A stretch of 63,473 nucleotides of DNA, the filler included, from Octopus bimaculoides (lineage: Eukaryota), in NCBI RefSeq assembly GCF_001194135.2. It is 5 parts of 5 records of this genome, joined end to end, with 100 filler letters (N's around TTAATTAATTAA, not from the genome) between each part and the next. Parts side by side here need not be neighbours in the genome. Positions count along the whole stretch, not along the records: positions 21,534 to 50,965 come from NC_068985.1; positions 51,066 to 55,076 come from NC_069005.1; 3 more parts are not named here. One strand, 5' to 3'. Both the position numbers and the translations under genes were made by a program. Below, in pieces: positions 39,851 to 52,726 of the stretch (positions are counted from its first letter, which is position 1; each line of letters begins with the position of its first letter). The notes beneath the pieces are model-generated. The model was not told the origin of the DNA. It saw only the letters and a list, made by a program, of their open reading frames with translations, and ran no database searches.

Positions 39851-41039
39851 ACAATCTCACAACTTGTGAAGTAAAAGCAGTGATGTCACTTGGCACACTG
39901 CCTCATAAAGGTNNNNNNNNNNNNNNNNNNNNNNNNNNNNNNNNNNNNNNNNNNNNNNNNNNNNNNNNNNNNNNNNNNNNNNNNNNNNNNNNNNNNNNNN
40001 NNNNNNNNNNNNNNNNNNNNNNNNNNNNNNNNNNNNNNNNNNNNNNNNNNNNNNNNNNNNNNNNNNNNNNNNNNNNNNNNNNNNNNNNNNNNNNNNNNNN
40101 NNNNNNNNNNNNNNNNNNNNNNNNNNNNNNNNNNNNNNNNNNNNNNNNNNNNNNNNNNNNNNNNNNNNNNNNNNNNNNNNNNNNNNNNNNNNNNNNNNNN
40201 NNNNNNNNNNNNNNNNNNNNNNNNNNNNNNNNNNNNNNNNNNNNNNNNNNNNNNNNNNNNNNNNNNNNNNNNNNNNNNGCTTTTAGAAAACAATTTCAGC
40301 ATTTAGCACAACTTGTATCCTATCAGATCTATACTTTACACTTTAAATGAGACTCCTTCATAATTCCCCTTGACAAATATCAATATATTCATTAGATTGA
40401 TAGAAGCAATAATTGATCGACTGTCTATTGATATGGTTGTTTTGGATTTGCATTTTTCCTGCTTGACCAAAACAGCCATATTGATATACAATCAATCACT
40501 TACTGTGCCCATCAATTAGACATAACTATTCCTTATTTTTTACTGAAACACCACTAGTTTTATTGCTTATTATCAAACAGAATGAATCACAAAATATCGT
40601 TAGTTCAACATAATAGGATGTTGAATCAAGTAGGTTCATAAGAGCATTAGAAAATCTACAAAGCTTCAACTCTCAGAGAACTGGTTTTCTTTACCCATTT
40701 ACAGTCAGCTGTTTGTCATCGTACAACATTTATTCAGGTTTGTATTCCCCAATCAAGAACTAGTGCCCACTACAAAACCTTTAAACTCTAGTACTTCACC
40801 AGTGGGTCATGATAGACAAGTTCATTATTACATACTCTTTGCCAAGTATGTAACATGCAGCAGTGATAGTGCATTCAATAGTTAAGTGTGTACATTACAT
40901 AACTATTGTGTCAAGACACTCGAGTTCACTAAAATACTCTCACAGCTATAAAACTGATTCTGTACATTGCAGTGCAATATTTATTCTCTAAACCCTTGTC
41001 CTTTTGGGATATATTTAGCATACATATATGCAAGATATA

Positions 41040-41244
41040 TACTTGCTTCAGCCATTAGACTGCAACCATGCTGGGGGAACTGTCTCAAAGAATTTTTAGT
41101 CAAATATATCGACTCCTGTACTTAGCATTTTTAAAGCCTAGTATTTATTCTATCAGTTCCTTTTGCCAAACTGCAAAGTTACAGGGATGTAAACACACCA
41201 GCACTGGTTGTCAAGGGGTGTGGAGGAGGGACAAACACAAAGAA

Positions 41245-41276
<32 letters not shown>

Positions 41277-41434
41277 GATGAGATTCAGTTTCCATTTACC
41301 AAATCCACTCACAAGGGTGTGGTTGGCCCAAGATTATAGTAGAAGACAATTGCTCAAGGTGCCATGCAGTGGGATTGAACCCAGAACCATGTGGTGGGGA
41401 AGCAAGTTTTTTACTACACAGCCACACCTGCACC
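41040..41434 (-). mobile_element. SINE family A, full length
   Basis: Antisense match. Confidence 0.85.
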
Positions 41435-41551
41435 TCTATATATGTATATAGTAAATAAATAAATAAAAAATGAAGAACAAAAAAAAAAAACAACGCAAGG
41501 ACGTGGTACATGTAAAGTACTAGCAGACACTCAGGGAAGGAAAGAAAGGTG

Positions 41552-41586
41552 GTTTTACGTTTCGAGCAAAGCTCTTCTTCAGAAAC
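41552..41586 (-). ncRNA. Minimal type-I hammerhead ribozyme motif
   Basis: Reverse complement GTTT-CTGAAGA-A-GAGC ttt GCTC-GAA-ACGT-A-AAAC: intact core, 4-bp stems I and II, palindromic ACGU stem III, GUA triplet. Confidence 0.7.
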
Positions 41587-42379
41587 AGAGGAAAGTCCAA
41601 TAGAAAAGGAAGATGGAGGAAAAAAAAGTCGCCAACGATTCACATGTAGTTACATTTTGAAATGACCAGAAGGGAATGGGTGAAGAAAAAGTTCTTTCTA
41701 AGACACGAGTATGTAAGAGAAGGAGGTATGTGTGGGTATGTGCATGCATGCAAGTCTCTGTGTGTGTGTAATAGCGTGTGTGTGTAATAGCGTGTGTGTG
41801 TATGTGTGTGTTGTGTTTGTGTGGTGTTGGCTAGCAATGGTAACAGGAAAGGTGTTTGACTCGCAGCTGAAGTATGTGTGTGTGTGTGTGTGTGTATGTA
41901 TATCTTGTGTGTGTACGTATATCTTGTGTGTGTGTGTATATATATTTTGTGTGTGTGTGTGTGTTTTGTGTGTAGTGTATGCATGTACGTGGGGTTGTGT
42001 GTGTGGAGTTATATGTGTGTTCCTCTGTGTGTGTGTGCGTGTGTGTGTACATACACACTATCATCATCATTTAATGTCCATGTTCCATGCTGGCATGGGT
42101 TGGATGGTTTGATTAGATCCAATGAGTCAAGGACTGCATCATACTCCAGTGTCTGCTTTGACATACATTTTCTGCAGCTGGATGCCCTTCCTAACACCAA
42201 CCACTATACAATGGGTACTGGGTGACTTTTTTTCTTGTCACCAGCACTATTGAGGTCACCATATAGCTTGGCAAGGCATTAGTCAAACCAAAGTTATAGT
42301 AGAGAACACTTGCTCAAGATGCAGAACAATAGAATCAAACCTAGAACCACATGCTTTTTTTTTACCCCCCCCCCCCCCC

Positions 42380-43200
42380 TCACCCTAGACGAAGGAGCTG
42401 GTATGCTCTCTGTTTATGGAGTCCATGTAGGGTCAGACTGCAGTGTCTCGGTTGCATATGGATAACACTTGGGTGTGAAAGATGAAGGTAGGCTTAGACT
42501 TGTTCGATTTAAGCAATGAAAAATGCTTTTATCTCAGGTATGGATATGTACACAACAGAGAGTCTGATAGAGGTGGAGAGTAACTGTAGAATGCAGAGTG
42601 ACTGAGGAATGGAGTCTGACTGAATTATTCAGTGTGTACAATGTGGAGTGCAAGTAAAGTGGCTAGTGAAGTTGGAGGCTTTCTTCATAATAATACTATT
42701 TCCAGATCCAATATGGTTGAGAACTGACAGGAAGAAAAATACTACCAAGTTGGTAGAGTAAAGTAGTGGGTACAAATCATCCAGTTTATAGAGATGACTT
42801 CCTAAAAGTATTGTAGGTTGTGTTCACTGCCTGAACTGCTGCAGCACCACAGGTATGTATGAACTACTTGGGGAATGCAGAGTTAAGAATTTTGTGCGAA
42901 TAGTGTGCTATGTGGAGAGACATTGTCTGAGAGGATGGTGTCAGTAACCCACCAAGTAGTCTCGAGGAAACACATGAGCTGTCAGATACAGTTTAGCAAA
43001 GAATTGGCAGATCTCCAACTAGTCAGACCTCCAGCCTCCAAGAGACCAGGAGGTGGTGGAAGGAGTTGTATAGCATATTGATGCATAATACATAGCCATG
43101 ATTAAGACAGTGGTTGGATGATTTGATAGGTGCAGGGACAGAGATTGTTCGGTAGAAGCAAACTTCTGCACCACACAGTATGCTTCCCCCACACACACAC
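42380..43200 (-). mobile_element. Possible very decayed LINE (AP-endonuclease region)
   Basis: Higher-complexity island with only faint motif-like peptides (for example HIGSGNSII, like PLGSSDH); weak. Confidence 0.3.
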
Positions 43201-43807
43201 ACACAATCACCATTAAAAAAAATGCACATTAAAATGCTTAACATCATGTGATAGAAGGCAAGGAGAATATAAAATATTAAGAGCACAGTTGAAGATGGTT
43301 ATTATAGGTATTAAACAAGTGGAACTTATAAATGTGTAAATACCTAAACAAAGACAGCCTTAATGTGGAGAGTAATATATCTTTTCTTTATATTTTTAAC
43401 CAATGTATTCCTATTTTCTGCACAAAAATACTTTCTTTGTCTGCTTTACAAACTCTAGTTGCTCACACCATCACAGAACACAATTCAAGTTAAAGCTACT
43501 GCTTCTTAGTCATTAAATATAGCCAGCAACAACACTTCTATCTGTTCACATTGCTTTCCTGGATGGCTGCCTTCGAAAATAGACTGCACTCATGTAACAT
43601 TCTTTCATTCTGATAACCCAGATCTTTGGAAAAGATACAAACTGGTAGCTGAAAAAGTTCTCCATCTAAACTTATTGAGGTATCCAGAAAACTACAGATC
43701 TTTACATTCATAAAACAATTTTTTTTTCTCTAAGAAACAGTAAATGAAAAATAATGAATAAACAAACAAATAACGCATAATCAATATATTTAAATAAACC
43801 AAATTAC

Positions 43808-43906
43808 CTGGTTTGACAGACTGAACAAAAACTGGATTATCTCCACTGACAGTAAGCCCATAACCCTTCTCATCCTTCTGGATTATCACACAACGCTGGA
43901 GCTGAC
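43808..43906 (-). CDS. ARHGEF11/12: Internal coding exon (99 nt, phase 1-1): N-terminal part of the PDZ domain of a RhoGEF (PDZ-RhoGEF/LARG/RhoGEF2 family)
   Basis: Acceptor TTTTTTCTTTTGAAGCAG, donor GTAATT; peptide (G)QLQRCVIIQKDEKGYGLTVSGDNPVFVQSVKP(G) closely matches LARG GLVQRCVIIQKDDNGFGLTVSGDNPVFVQSVKE as recalled. Confidence 0.93.
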
Positions 43907-45059
43907 CTGCTTCAAAAGAAAAAGTGTACATATATATATATTCAAATAAGTGAGTTTACATTATATATACACAGATAAGCTAAACTACTTTTAGTTACAA
44001 ATGAATCACACACACATAATACAAACAGACAAAAAAACAGGTAAATAAGGATTGGAATGTTCATGGGACATTTGTAATTATCTTGGATTTATTATACAAT
44101 AGATAAAAATTACATTTTAAATGTGACCAACATATTTCTGAATATATTTAATTACCACTGTAAATGATATAAAAAGCAATTGATATAAATGAATAATTGA
44201 TTATTTATTAAGAGATAACAGAAAAGTATCTATTAAGACACTTATTTCTCCTGATAAAGAAATAGAGAGAATTTCTATTTGCATTTTATAATTGTTTCTG
44301 GGTAAAATAAAGAAATTGCTCATAGAATTATTGAAAAATCTTTAATTTATACATTATATACATTGGGAATATACTTGAAACTAAAGTGTGAATCTTCCAT
44401 AATTCCTTGGCCTTCTCCTACCCTATTCTCCCTTTGCAAACACTGACCTGCAGATATCCAGGGTAGTGTGACCTGCAAGTGTCACAAGTAGCACCCTCCT
44501 GCCCATGACTAACTTATAAAGATACAAGATCTTTCCTATGACAAGACCTTTCATACGACAAAGTATTTTTATGTACACAGTTTACCATGGTTTTCTCACA
44601 GAAAATCAAAATCGTTTCTAAAGGTTACAAAACTCTCTTACATTACTATATTTCATTATATATTTTAAGTATAAATCAGATTAAAAATTAAGGTTCTTTA
44701 AAATATTTCTAAAGACTACAACACTCTCTGGATTAATATTTTAATCCAGTTCATACTGAAAACATTTAAGGAAATATAAGTTCTGTCACATATCATCATC
44801 ATCAATTAACATCTGCCTTCCATGCTGGCCTGGGTTGGATGGTTTGACAGGAGCTGGTAAGCCAGAGGACTGCACCAAGCTCCAATATCTATTTTGACAT
44901 GGGTCTTAAAGTCGGATGCCTTTCCTAACACCAACCACTTTACAGAGTGGGCTATTTATATTTGCTAACTCTTTTCCAAGATATACAACAAATGAAGTGA
45001 GGAAATGAAACTAGAAACGATTATTTTACAGACTTTAAATAAAATAAGCAAGAAGTTTT

Positions 45060-45197
45060 CTTTGCAAGCACCTGGTTACAGGTTCAGTCCCACCAAGTGG
45101 CACCTTGGGCAAGTGTCTTCTATTATAGCCTTAGGTTGACCAGTGACTTGTGAGTGAATTTGGTACACAGAAACTGTGTGGAAGCCCATTGTGCATG

Positions 45198-45242
<45 letters not shown>

Positions 45243-45810
45243 TGTTGTGAATTTATGGAAAGAAATTCCATAAAACTCAACAATTCAGTTAAACATGGAG
45301 AAGAGATGTTAAAATATACAAGAGAATTTCAAAATTCTCTTATAAAATTCTCTTATATATTTTAACATCTTCTCCATTTTTAACTAAATTGTTGAGTTTT
45401 ATGGGATTTCTTTCCATAAATTCACAACACATCGTATACAAGTATTATTTTCATATTTGCAAATTTATGCCTGTAAACTACCAGCAAAATATGAAGAAAC
45501 AATATTAGAAATCTTTTTTGGAAACCTCCAAATTAAAGGACGAATCTAAATTCAACCTTTTTACACCTATATATATATAATGTCTATATATGTTTGTGTC
45601 ATCCATGCACCACCTCTTGACAATTGGTGTTGGTTTGCTTACATCCTCGTAACTTAGCAATTCAGCAAAAGAGAAAACAAGATAAGTATCAAACACTATA
45701 AAAACTTAAGTGCTGGAGTCAATTTGTTTGAATAAAACCATCCTAGGAAGTGGTGCCCCAGCATGGCCACAGTCCAATGATTGAACAAGTAAAGGATAAA
45801 AGATAAACGC
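45060..45810 (+). mobile_element. SINE family A interrupted in its TA core by a ~350-bp insert
   Basis: Head at about 45060-45200, tail at about 45590-45810. Confidence 0.7.
45235..45438. repeat. ~200 bp fold-back palindrome (possible MITE) in a TA run
   Basis: GATGTGTTGTGAATTTATGGAAAGAAAT... and ...ATTTCTTTCCATAAATTCACAACACATC; apex AAGAGAATTT-CA-AAATTCTCTT. Confidence 0.9.
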
Positions 45811-46085
45811 ATCATCATCGTTTAACGTCCGTTTTCCATGCTAGCATGGGTTGGACAGTTCGACTGGGGTCGGGGAAGCCAAGAGGTTGCACCAGACTCC
45901 AGTCTGATCTGGCAGTGTTTCTACAGCTGAATGCCCTTCCTAACACCAACCACTCTGTAAGTGTAGTGGGTGCTTTTTACATGCCAGCAGCACTGGGGCC
46001 AGAGGAGGCTGGCAACGGCCATGATCGGTTGGTGCTTTTTATGTACCACTGGCACGGAAGCCAGTCAAGGCAGTGCTGGCAACAT
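45810..46085 (-). mobile_element. Family C repeat
   Basis: CATCATCATCGTTTAACGTCCG... same family as the 39627 copy. Confidence 0.85.
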
Positions 46086-47099
46086 ATTAATTGATATAAA
46101 GTGGAGAGTACTAGTTATGTTGAAACTGACAGATGGGAGTGGGAGACGATTTGTATGTGGATAGCCAGCTTCCAATGACATCTTGGAGTGAGAAAAAAAA
46201 GTGGAACATCTGACAGAAGGTAAACAAAAATATTGGATAAATTAACACAGTAAGGGTAGCAGTTTGATTCTAAACAGATTGTACGTGGGAAATATCTTGG
46301 GAGCAATTTGGAGAGAAGAATTCCTTCAAGTATTGGCTACATTAGTTGCAGTAGAACAAATGTTAGAGAATGATGGGGTAATAACAAGACATTTTACAGG
46401 TAATATATTTTTTAAAAATTGGCTTATATATAGAATTTCTCTCCTGAGAATACTTCAATGAAGTAGAGAGTGCTTTTTCCCAGAACTAAATGAAAATAAA
46501 CTAAGAATTAGCCCTCTCCACCACCTCTCTCAGTCTGTCTGTCTATCTCTCTCTCTCTTTTTTCACACGCATAAACACACACCAAGGCTCAGATGAATAA
46601 GGAGAAAGGAAAAGAGATTACACCATGTCCATGCCTTTCTCAAGGACATTATTGGTAGTAAGCAAAATGAAATGATTTTAACCAGATATCACAACAAAGT
46701 TGAAGATTTTGGCTTGCTTACAGAAAAAGAAAAATTTCACAATTAGGAGACAGGTGAATTTGGATAGATTTACGATAGCTCTCCATTAACATATATAAAA
46801 CAGATATTAAATTCTACATTACAGCAACAATGAGGAAGGATTAAAAATAGAAAAGAATCCGTTTTTCTCATTAAAACGTTATATGAAGACAGATGAAAGT
46901 GAATAATTTACAGGAGAAACAATAAAAATGTTTATAATTTATAAAAGCTACTGGTCCAAGAAAGAAGGAAATGTTTAAGACTCACAAACACAAAAAGATA
47001 CTTCACACATATGCATGCAATATACATACAATACAGATTTTATATATGCACAATTGTCTGAAAATATTTAATATGCAACAAAAACAATCATTCCTTTTT

Positions 47100-47647
47100 C
47101 ATATTTTACTTGTTCTAGTCAATGGACTACAACAATGCTGAAGAGTTTTAGTTCAAGAGATTGAACTCAGTGCTTAATTTTTTTAAAGAATATTACATAT
47201 TCTATGGGTCTATTTTGCCAAACTACTAAGACACATGGATATAAACAAACCAGCACCAGCTGTCAATTTTTACTTGTTTTAATCATTAGATTGTGGCCAT
47301 AGTGGAGAGCCATTTTGATGTGTAAAGCCAAACAATTTGACCTGAGTACTTTTCTTAAAGTTTGATACTTATTCCATCAGTCTCTTTTGCCTAACCACTA
47401 AATTACAGGGACATAAACAAACCAGCACCAACTGTCAAGAAGTGGTGGGGGACAAACATAAACACAAAGACATACATACATGTATGTATGGTCATGACAA
47501 GCTTCTTTCAGTTTCCATAATTCACTTCACACGGCTTAATTCAGCATTATAGCAGAGGATACTTGCCCAAGATGCCACATGGTGGGACTGAACCCAAAAC
47601 CATGCGATTGGAAAGCTAACTTCCTACCACACAGCCACGCCTGCACC
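47100..47647 (-). mobile_element. Two adjacent decayed SINE family A copies
   Basis: Tail motif TTTTACTTGTT...GTC occurs twice; head ends CCACACAGCCACGCCTGCACC. Confidence 0.7.
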
Positions 47648-48687
47648 AAAATACACACACATACACACTGGACTTACCCGAAACTACATGGCTGCAAAGC
47701 AAGCTTATCAACCACATAGTCAACGTCTACACCTATATTCGTTTATTCATGGATTTGTACTTTTATTTTAGTTTTTAATTAGATATTCCATCACCACAAA
47801 ACAAAGGTATCATTCTGAAATTTAGACGGCAACCACAGCTTTAAAAGTAGTAGCACGGTTTTTATCAAAACCTCTTTTTTTCTTCTCTTTCAAACAACTC
47901 CTAACTCTACCTTCCAGACATGAAAAAAAGAAAAAAAATGTAAGACCTCCATTTTTGAAGTGGATGATGAATAAACAGAATGACAAAGACAATCCTTCAC
48001 TTTAAACTATGTTACATTGTTTCCTGCCTAGTCTACTGTGTAACCACCACTGTTCTTCTATCTCTAACCATTCCCCTCTTTGTCTTCACCACCCCTCCCT
48101 CTCTTTACCACCAATTTTACCAAAATGATCTCATCCATCTAATGCTTTCATTGCCATCCCTTTCTTTCAATGCAGACTTTTAAAGAAATGTGAGTATGTA
48201 TGTGTATAAGTGGATGCATATTTACGCGTTCAGTCTGAGATTTTATTTTCAAAGTAAAAGAATAGTGACTGTGTGGTTGAGAAACTTGCTCCCTAGCCCT
48301 GTGTGGTTGTAGGTTCAGGCCCACTGCATGGCACTTTGGGTGAGGTTTTTTTTTTTTTCTATTGTAGCCCAGGCTGACCAAANNNNNNNNNNNNNNNNNN
48401 NNNNNNNNNNNNNNNNNNNNNNNNNNNNNNNNNNNNNNNNNNNNNNNNNNNNNNNNNNNNNNNNNNNNNNNNNNNNNNNNNNNNNNNNNNNNNNNNNNNN
48501 NNNNNNNNNNNNNNNNNNNNNNNNNNNNNNNNNNNNNNNNNNNNNNNNNNNNNNNNNNNNNNNNNNNNNNNNNNNNNNNNNNNNNNNNNNNNNNNNNNNN
48601 NNNNNNNNNNNNNNNNNNNNNNNNNNNNNNNNNNNNNNNNNNNNNNNNNNNNNNNNNNNNNNNNNNNNNNNNNNNNNNNNNNNNNNN

Positions 48688-48722
<35 letters not shown>

Positions 48723-49199
48723 TCACATCACATCAGTCAAGAAATGTTGTTCGTTTCCACTCTTCCATGAGAAACATGCCTGCCCATGGGAAAATATCTT
48801 GCTTGGAAACAAGTGAGGGTTGGCAACAGGAAGGGCATTCAACTATAGAAAATCAGCCTTCACCAACAACACTCTTTCCAACCCTAGTGACTTGGATGAT
48901 GCAGAGTAGACAGTTTTTTGGGGTGACAGCAGATGGGGTCATTAGAGCTTGTCATACAATGAAATAACTCCAGATCAAACTGTGGAATAGATTGCTGAAG
49001 GAAAGTGCATCTGGTTAGAATAACCATATCAAAGTCAATAAAAGAATGATAGGGATAGAACACAACATACAGGCTACTTGTTTAGGAAAGCAGTAACTCC
49101 AAACAATTGATACAGAATAGAGAGGACTTTTTCATCTAACCACAGACAATCTCTATAATGTGTATTGGGTTCATGTTTAAATTCCCCCCAATACACAAT

Positions 49200-49470
49200 G
49201 TAATGTGATTGGAGATAGACAAACATCCAGCAATAGGAACTATGCCAAAACCTGGAGCATATGAACTGGAAGCATCCAAATTAGTCTTGTGGAACCCACT
49301 TCATGGTGATGTAAGAAGAGGAAAATATCGTCACACTTAAATCGACAACTTGATTGCAGACACTGGGCCTGGAATGTATCCAGGACATCAAGGCGGTGAT
49401 GCTGGACTGAGAAGTATGGTAGGTAGACTTTGTTGCTGTGGCCCAGGTTGGAACCCAGCCATAACAATAA
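49200..49470 (+). mobile_element. RTE-like LINE C-terminal fragment
   Basis: Peptide ASKLVLWNPLHGDVRRGKYRHT*IDNLIADTG/LECIQDIKAVMLD*EVW resembles the RTE-group LVLW.P.HG..RRG....Y.D.L..DTG...M.DR..W C-terminus. Confidence 0.55.
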
Positions 49471-49984
49471 TAAGACACAGGCTCCACAAGATGCTTCCCA
49501 AATTACCCATGGAGGAATGTGGTAACTCTGAGTAAGAACTGATACAAAATATAGTAGACTTTTTAATGTCATTAATCTATCAGCAGACAACATTTTTGGT
49601 GAGGATGGCATGTTAAAATGCCTCCAGTCTGCACTACAAGACACACACACAACAACATTGGCCAGTTTTTCCCTGATGTTGTGTGTGCCAAGTCATTAAG
49701 AGTTACAGTGACTGCTGAGAAAAAGAACAACAAAAGGAGAAAAAACAAAGGACTACAGAGAGAGAGAGATGAGTGACCTGTACAGATGGGTAAACAAAGG
49801 CTCATAGTGATATGAAGGACTGCAGCAAGTAACAAGGTAAAGAATGCAGTGAGATGAAGAACTGTTTTGGAAGCAAGACAAAAAACTGCAATAGGTAACA
49901 AAATACTATGAAAACCCACCCAACCATCCATACCAGCATGGAAAATCAAATGTAGAATGATGACACACAATACATACATGTACA

Positions 49985-50215
49985 CATACTTGGTGCTGGT
50001 GCCGCATAAAAAGCACTGGTGATGATGCCATGTAAAAACATCCAGTACACTTTGTGGAGTGGTTGGTGTTAGGAAGGGCATCCAGCCATAGAAACCATGC
50101 CAAATCAGACTGGAGTTTGGTGCAGCCCCTCTGCTTACCAGTCCTGATCAAACTGTCCAACCCATGCCAGCATGGACAATGGACATACATAATGATGATG
50201 ATAATGATGATGACA
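49985..50215 (+). mobile_element. Family C repeat
   Basis: GGTGTTAGGAAGGGCATCCAGCCATAGAAACCATGCCAAATCAGACTGG...(GAT)n. Confidence 0.85.
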
Positions 50216-50902
50216 GGCGGAGAGAATGAAAGACACTAAGACATCTGTTGTCAAATCAGCAATATCAAATAGGTAGTGCCAAAACAGCTGGGCCAAAACA
50301 TCTCATGCTCCTATGAGGCATTAATTTGGTAGCAGTTCCAAGCATCAACAGGATTCCGTTTCAACTCAACTAAGAAAATAAAGTTGTTGCAATAATTCCC
50401 CACCACCACCACCAACCCGCCAACACACCATAATGTAAGGTTGATTCAAATAAAAGCAAGTCAATAAATACTACAATATTTACAACATAAATAAGAAAAA
50501 ATTATTATCTTAAAATATTGATAAAGAAATAGATCGCAAAAGAAAATTAAGTAAAGGTATGATTAAGATACAGGAATTAGGGGAGTAGCAACTTAGAAAC
50601 AAAGTTGAGAAGTACTGCAACTATATTAGTCATACAACATAATACTTTCAAGTTTAACGTTGCAGTTTTAGACACAAAATGTGTTTCATCATCTATTTTT
50701 ACCACACAAGCCTTGGTTATGAATCTGAGTTCTTGAAGCAGGTGTTTCACAGCAGGATATCTTCCCAAGCACCAATTTATTTGAATCTACTTTCTAACAA
50801 AATATAGACTCCAAACAATTTGTGAAAATTGCCTTTTCTTAAGTACATAGTTGGGAACCTACAAATCCACCAATCTGAACTCATAATATATATGTTTTTA
50901 TG

Positions 50903-50965
<63 letters not shown>

Positions 50966-51065
50966 NNNNNNNNNNNNNNNNNNNNNNNNNNNNNNNNNNN
51001 NNNNNNNNNTTAATTAATTAANNNNNNNNNNNNNNNNNNNNNNNNNNNNNNNNNNNNNNNNNNNN

Positions 51066-51297
51066 GTGGCGTCGGTGGCTTTGGCAGCGGCGGCAGTGGT
51101 AGCTGTGGTGGCGACGACGGTGTCGTAGGTGATGGTCGTTGTGGTGTTGGTGCTGGTGCAGGTGGTGCTGGTAGTGCTGGAGGTGCTGGTGCTGGTGGTA
51201 GAGGTTGTTTTTCTGGAAAGTATTTGGACCTGAACCTTGATAACGGAATTGTTTTGCACAGATCAACAATTGTGTGACGTAATGATCTATTAATCAT
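51066..51297 (-). CDS. Candidate first coding exon (Pro-rich), possibly of the RhoGEF; donor would lie in the gap
   Basis: MINRSLRHTIVDLCKTIPLSRFRSKYFPEKQPLPPAPAPP... open into the gap; GC/CpG-rich; upstream of and co-oriented with the PDZ exon. No homology recognised. Confidence 0.35.
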
Positions 51298-51455
51298 TGA
51301 CGAACTCAACAGATACTTTTTAACTTTCACTTTCACTTTCACTTTCTTTATTATTTTGGTTCCTTGTTTTTCTTTTTGTTTTCTTTTGATTTTTGTACAT
51401 CTTGTTCTTTTCTAGTCTTTTTCTTATTCTCTTCTTTATTTTCTATGGTTTAGTT

Positions 51456-51574
<119 letters not shown>

Positions 51575-51606
51575 GTCTGTACGAGTACATGCATATGTCT
51601 CTTTGC

Positions 51607-51643
<37 letters not shown>

Positions 51644-51768
51644 AGTGCTTGTATCTGTCTCTATATAACCATGTGCATCTCTGTGTCACTATGCAGATAT
51701 CTGTGTGTGTTTGTGTGTCTGTGTGTGTGTGTCTATATATAGAGAGTGAGAGACACATACACACACAG

Positions 51769-51809
<41 letters not shown>

Positions 51810-52184
51810 CACGTATTAGAGTGTGTCTGTGTGTGCACACATGTGAGTGTATGTACATGCTCGTGTACATGAGTGTATGTACGTGCTCGTGTACATGAGT
51901 ATGGACTAATGAGCGCTAGTGCGAACGTATGTATGTGCATGTGTCCATACTTGGGTCAGTGTGAGCGAGTGTGTGTGTGTTTGTGTGTATTAATGTGTGT
52001 GTGTGTTCAAAAACGGTTTTTGCTATGCTTAAAGGATGAAGTGAATGAAAGAGATAAAGTATAAATAATGGGACATATTTGCTCTGTTGGTTGAAATGGT
52101 GTTGTACAGACTGGGTGTTGAACCTTGCATGGAGACTGATAGCAATGTGGATCTGTGTAGAATACGAGAGAGTGAGAGAGATAC

Positions 52185-52230
<46 letters not shown>

Positions 52231-52690
52231 AGACACAGACAAAGGGTGGTAAGGAGGGCGTAATGTTAGATGCGATGAATTGAGAGGAAGAAATATGGGA
52301 GAAAGTAAAAGAGAGAGGTTGCACTCACACTCACAGACACATACACTCTCAAAATCACACGCACTCGTTATGTGTATGTATATGCATATATGCATGTGTG
52401 TGTGTATATATATATATATTCATATATNNNNNNNNNNNNNNNNNNNNNNNNNNNNNNNNNNNNNNNNNNNNNNNNNNNNNNNNNNNNNNNNNNNNNNNNN
52501 NNNNNNNNNNNNNNNNNNNNNNNNNNNNNNNNNNNNNNNNNTTCATATATATATATATATTTATATATATATATATATATATACATGATACATACATATG
52601 TGTATATATATATTTATATATACTTATATATGCGTATTTATGCATGCATATATATATATATATGCTTGTGTATGTGTATATATATATATA

Positions 52691-52726
<36 letters not shown>

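Noticed and set aside
47664-47705. Minus-strand TTTGCAG...GG/GTAAGT mini-exon (14 nt)
   Set aside because: Lies in a decayed SINE head and is not frame-preserving; probably a chance splice-like match.
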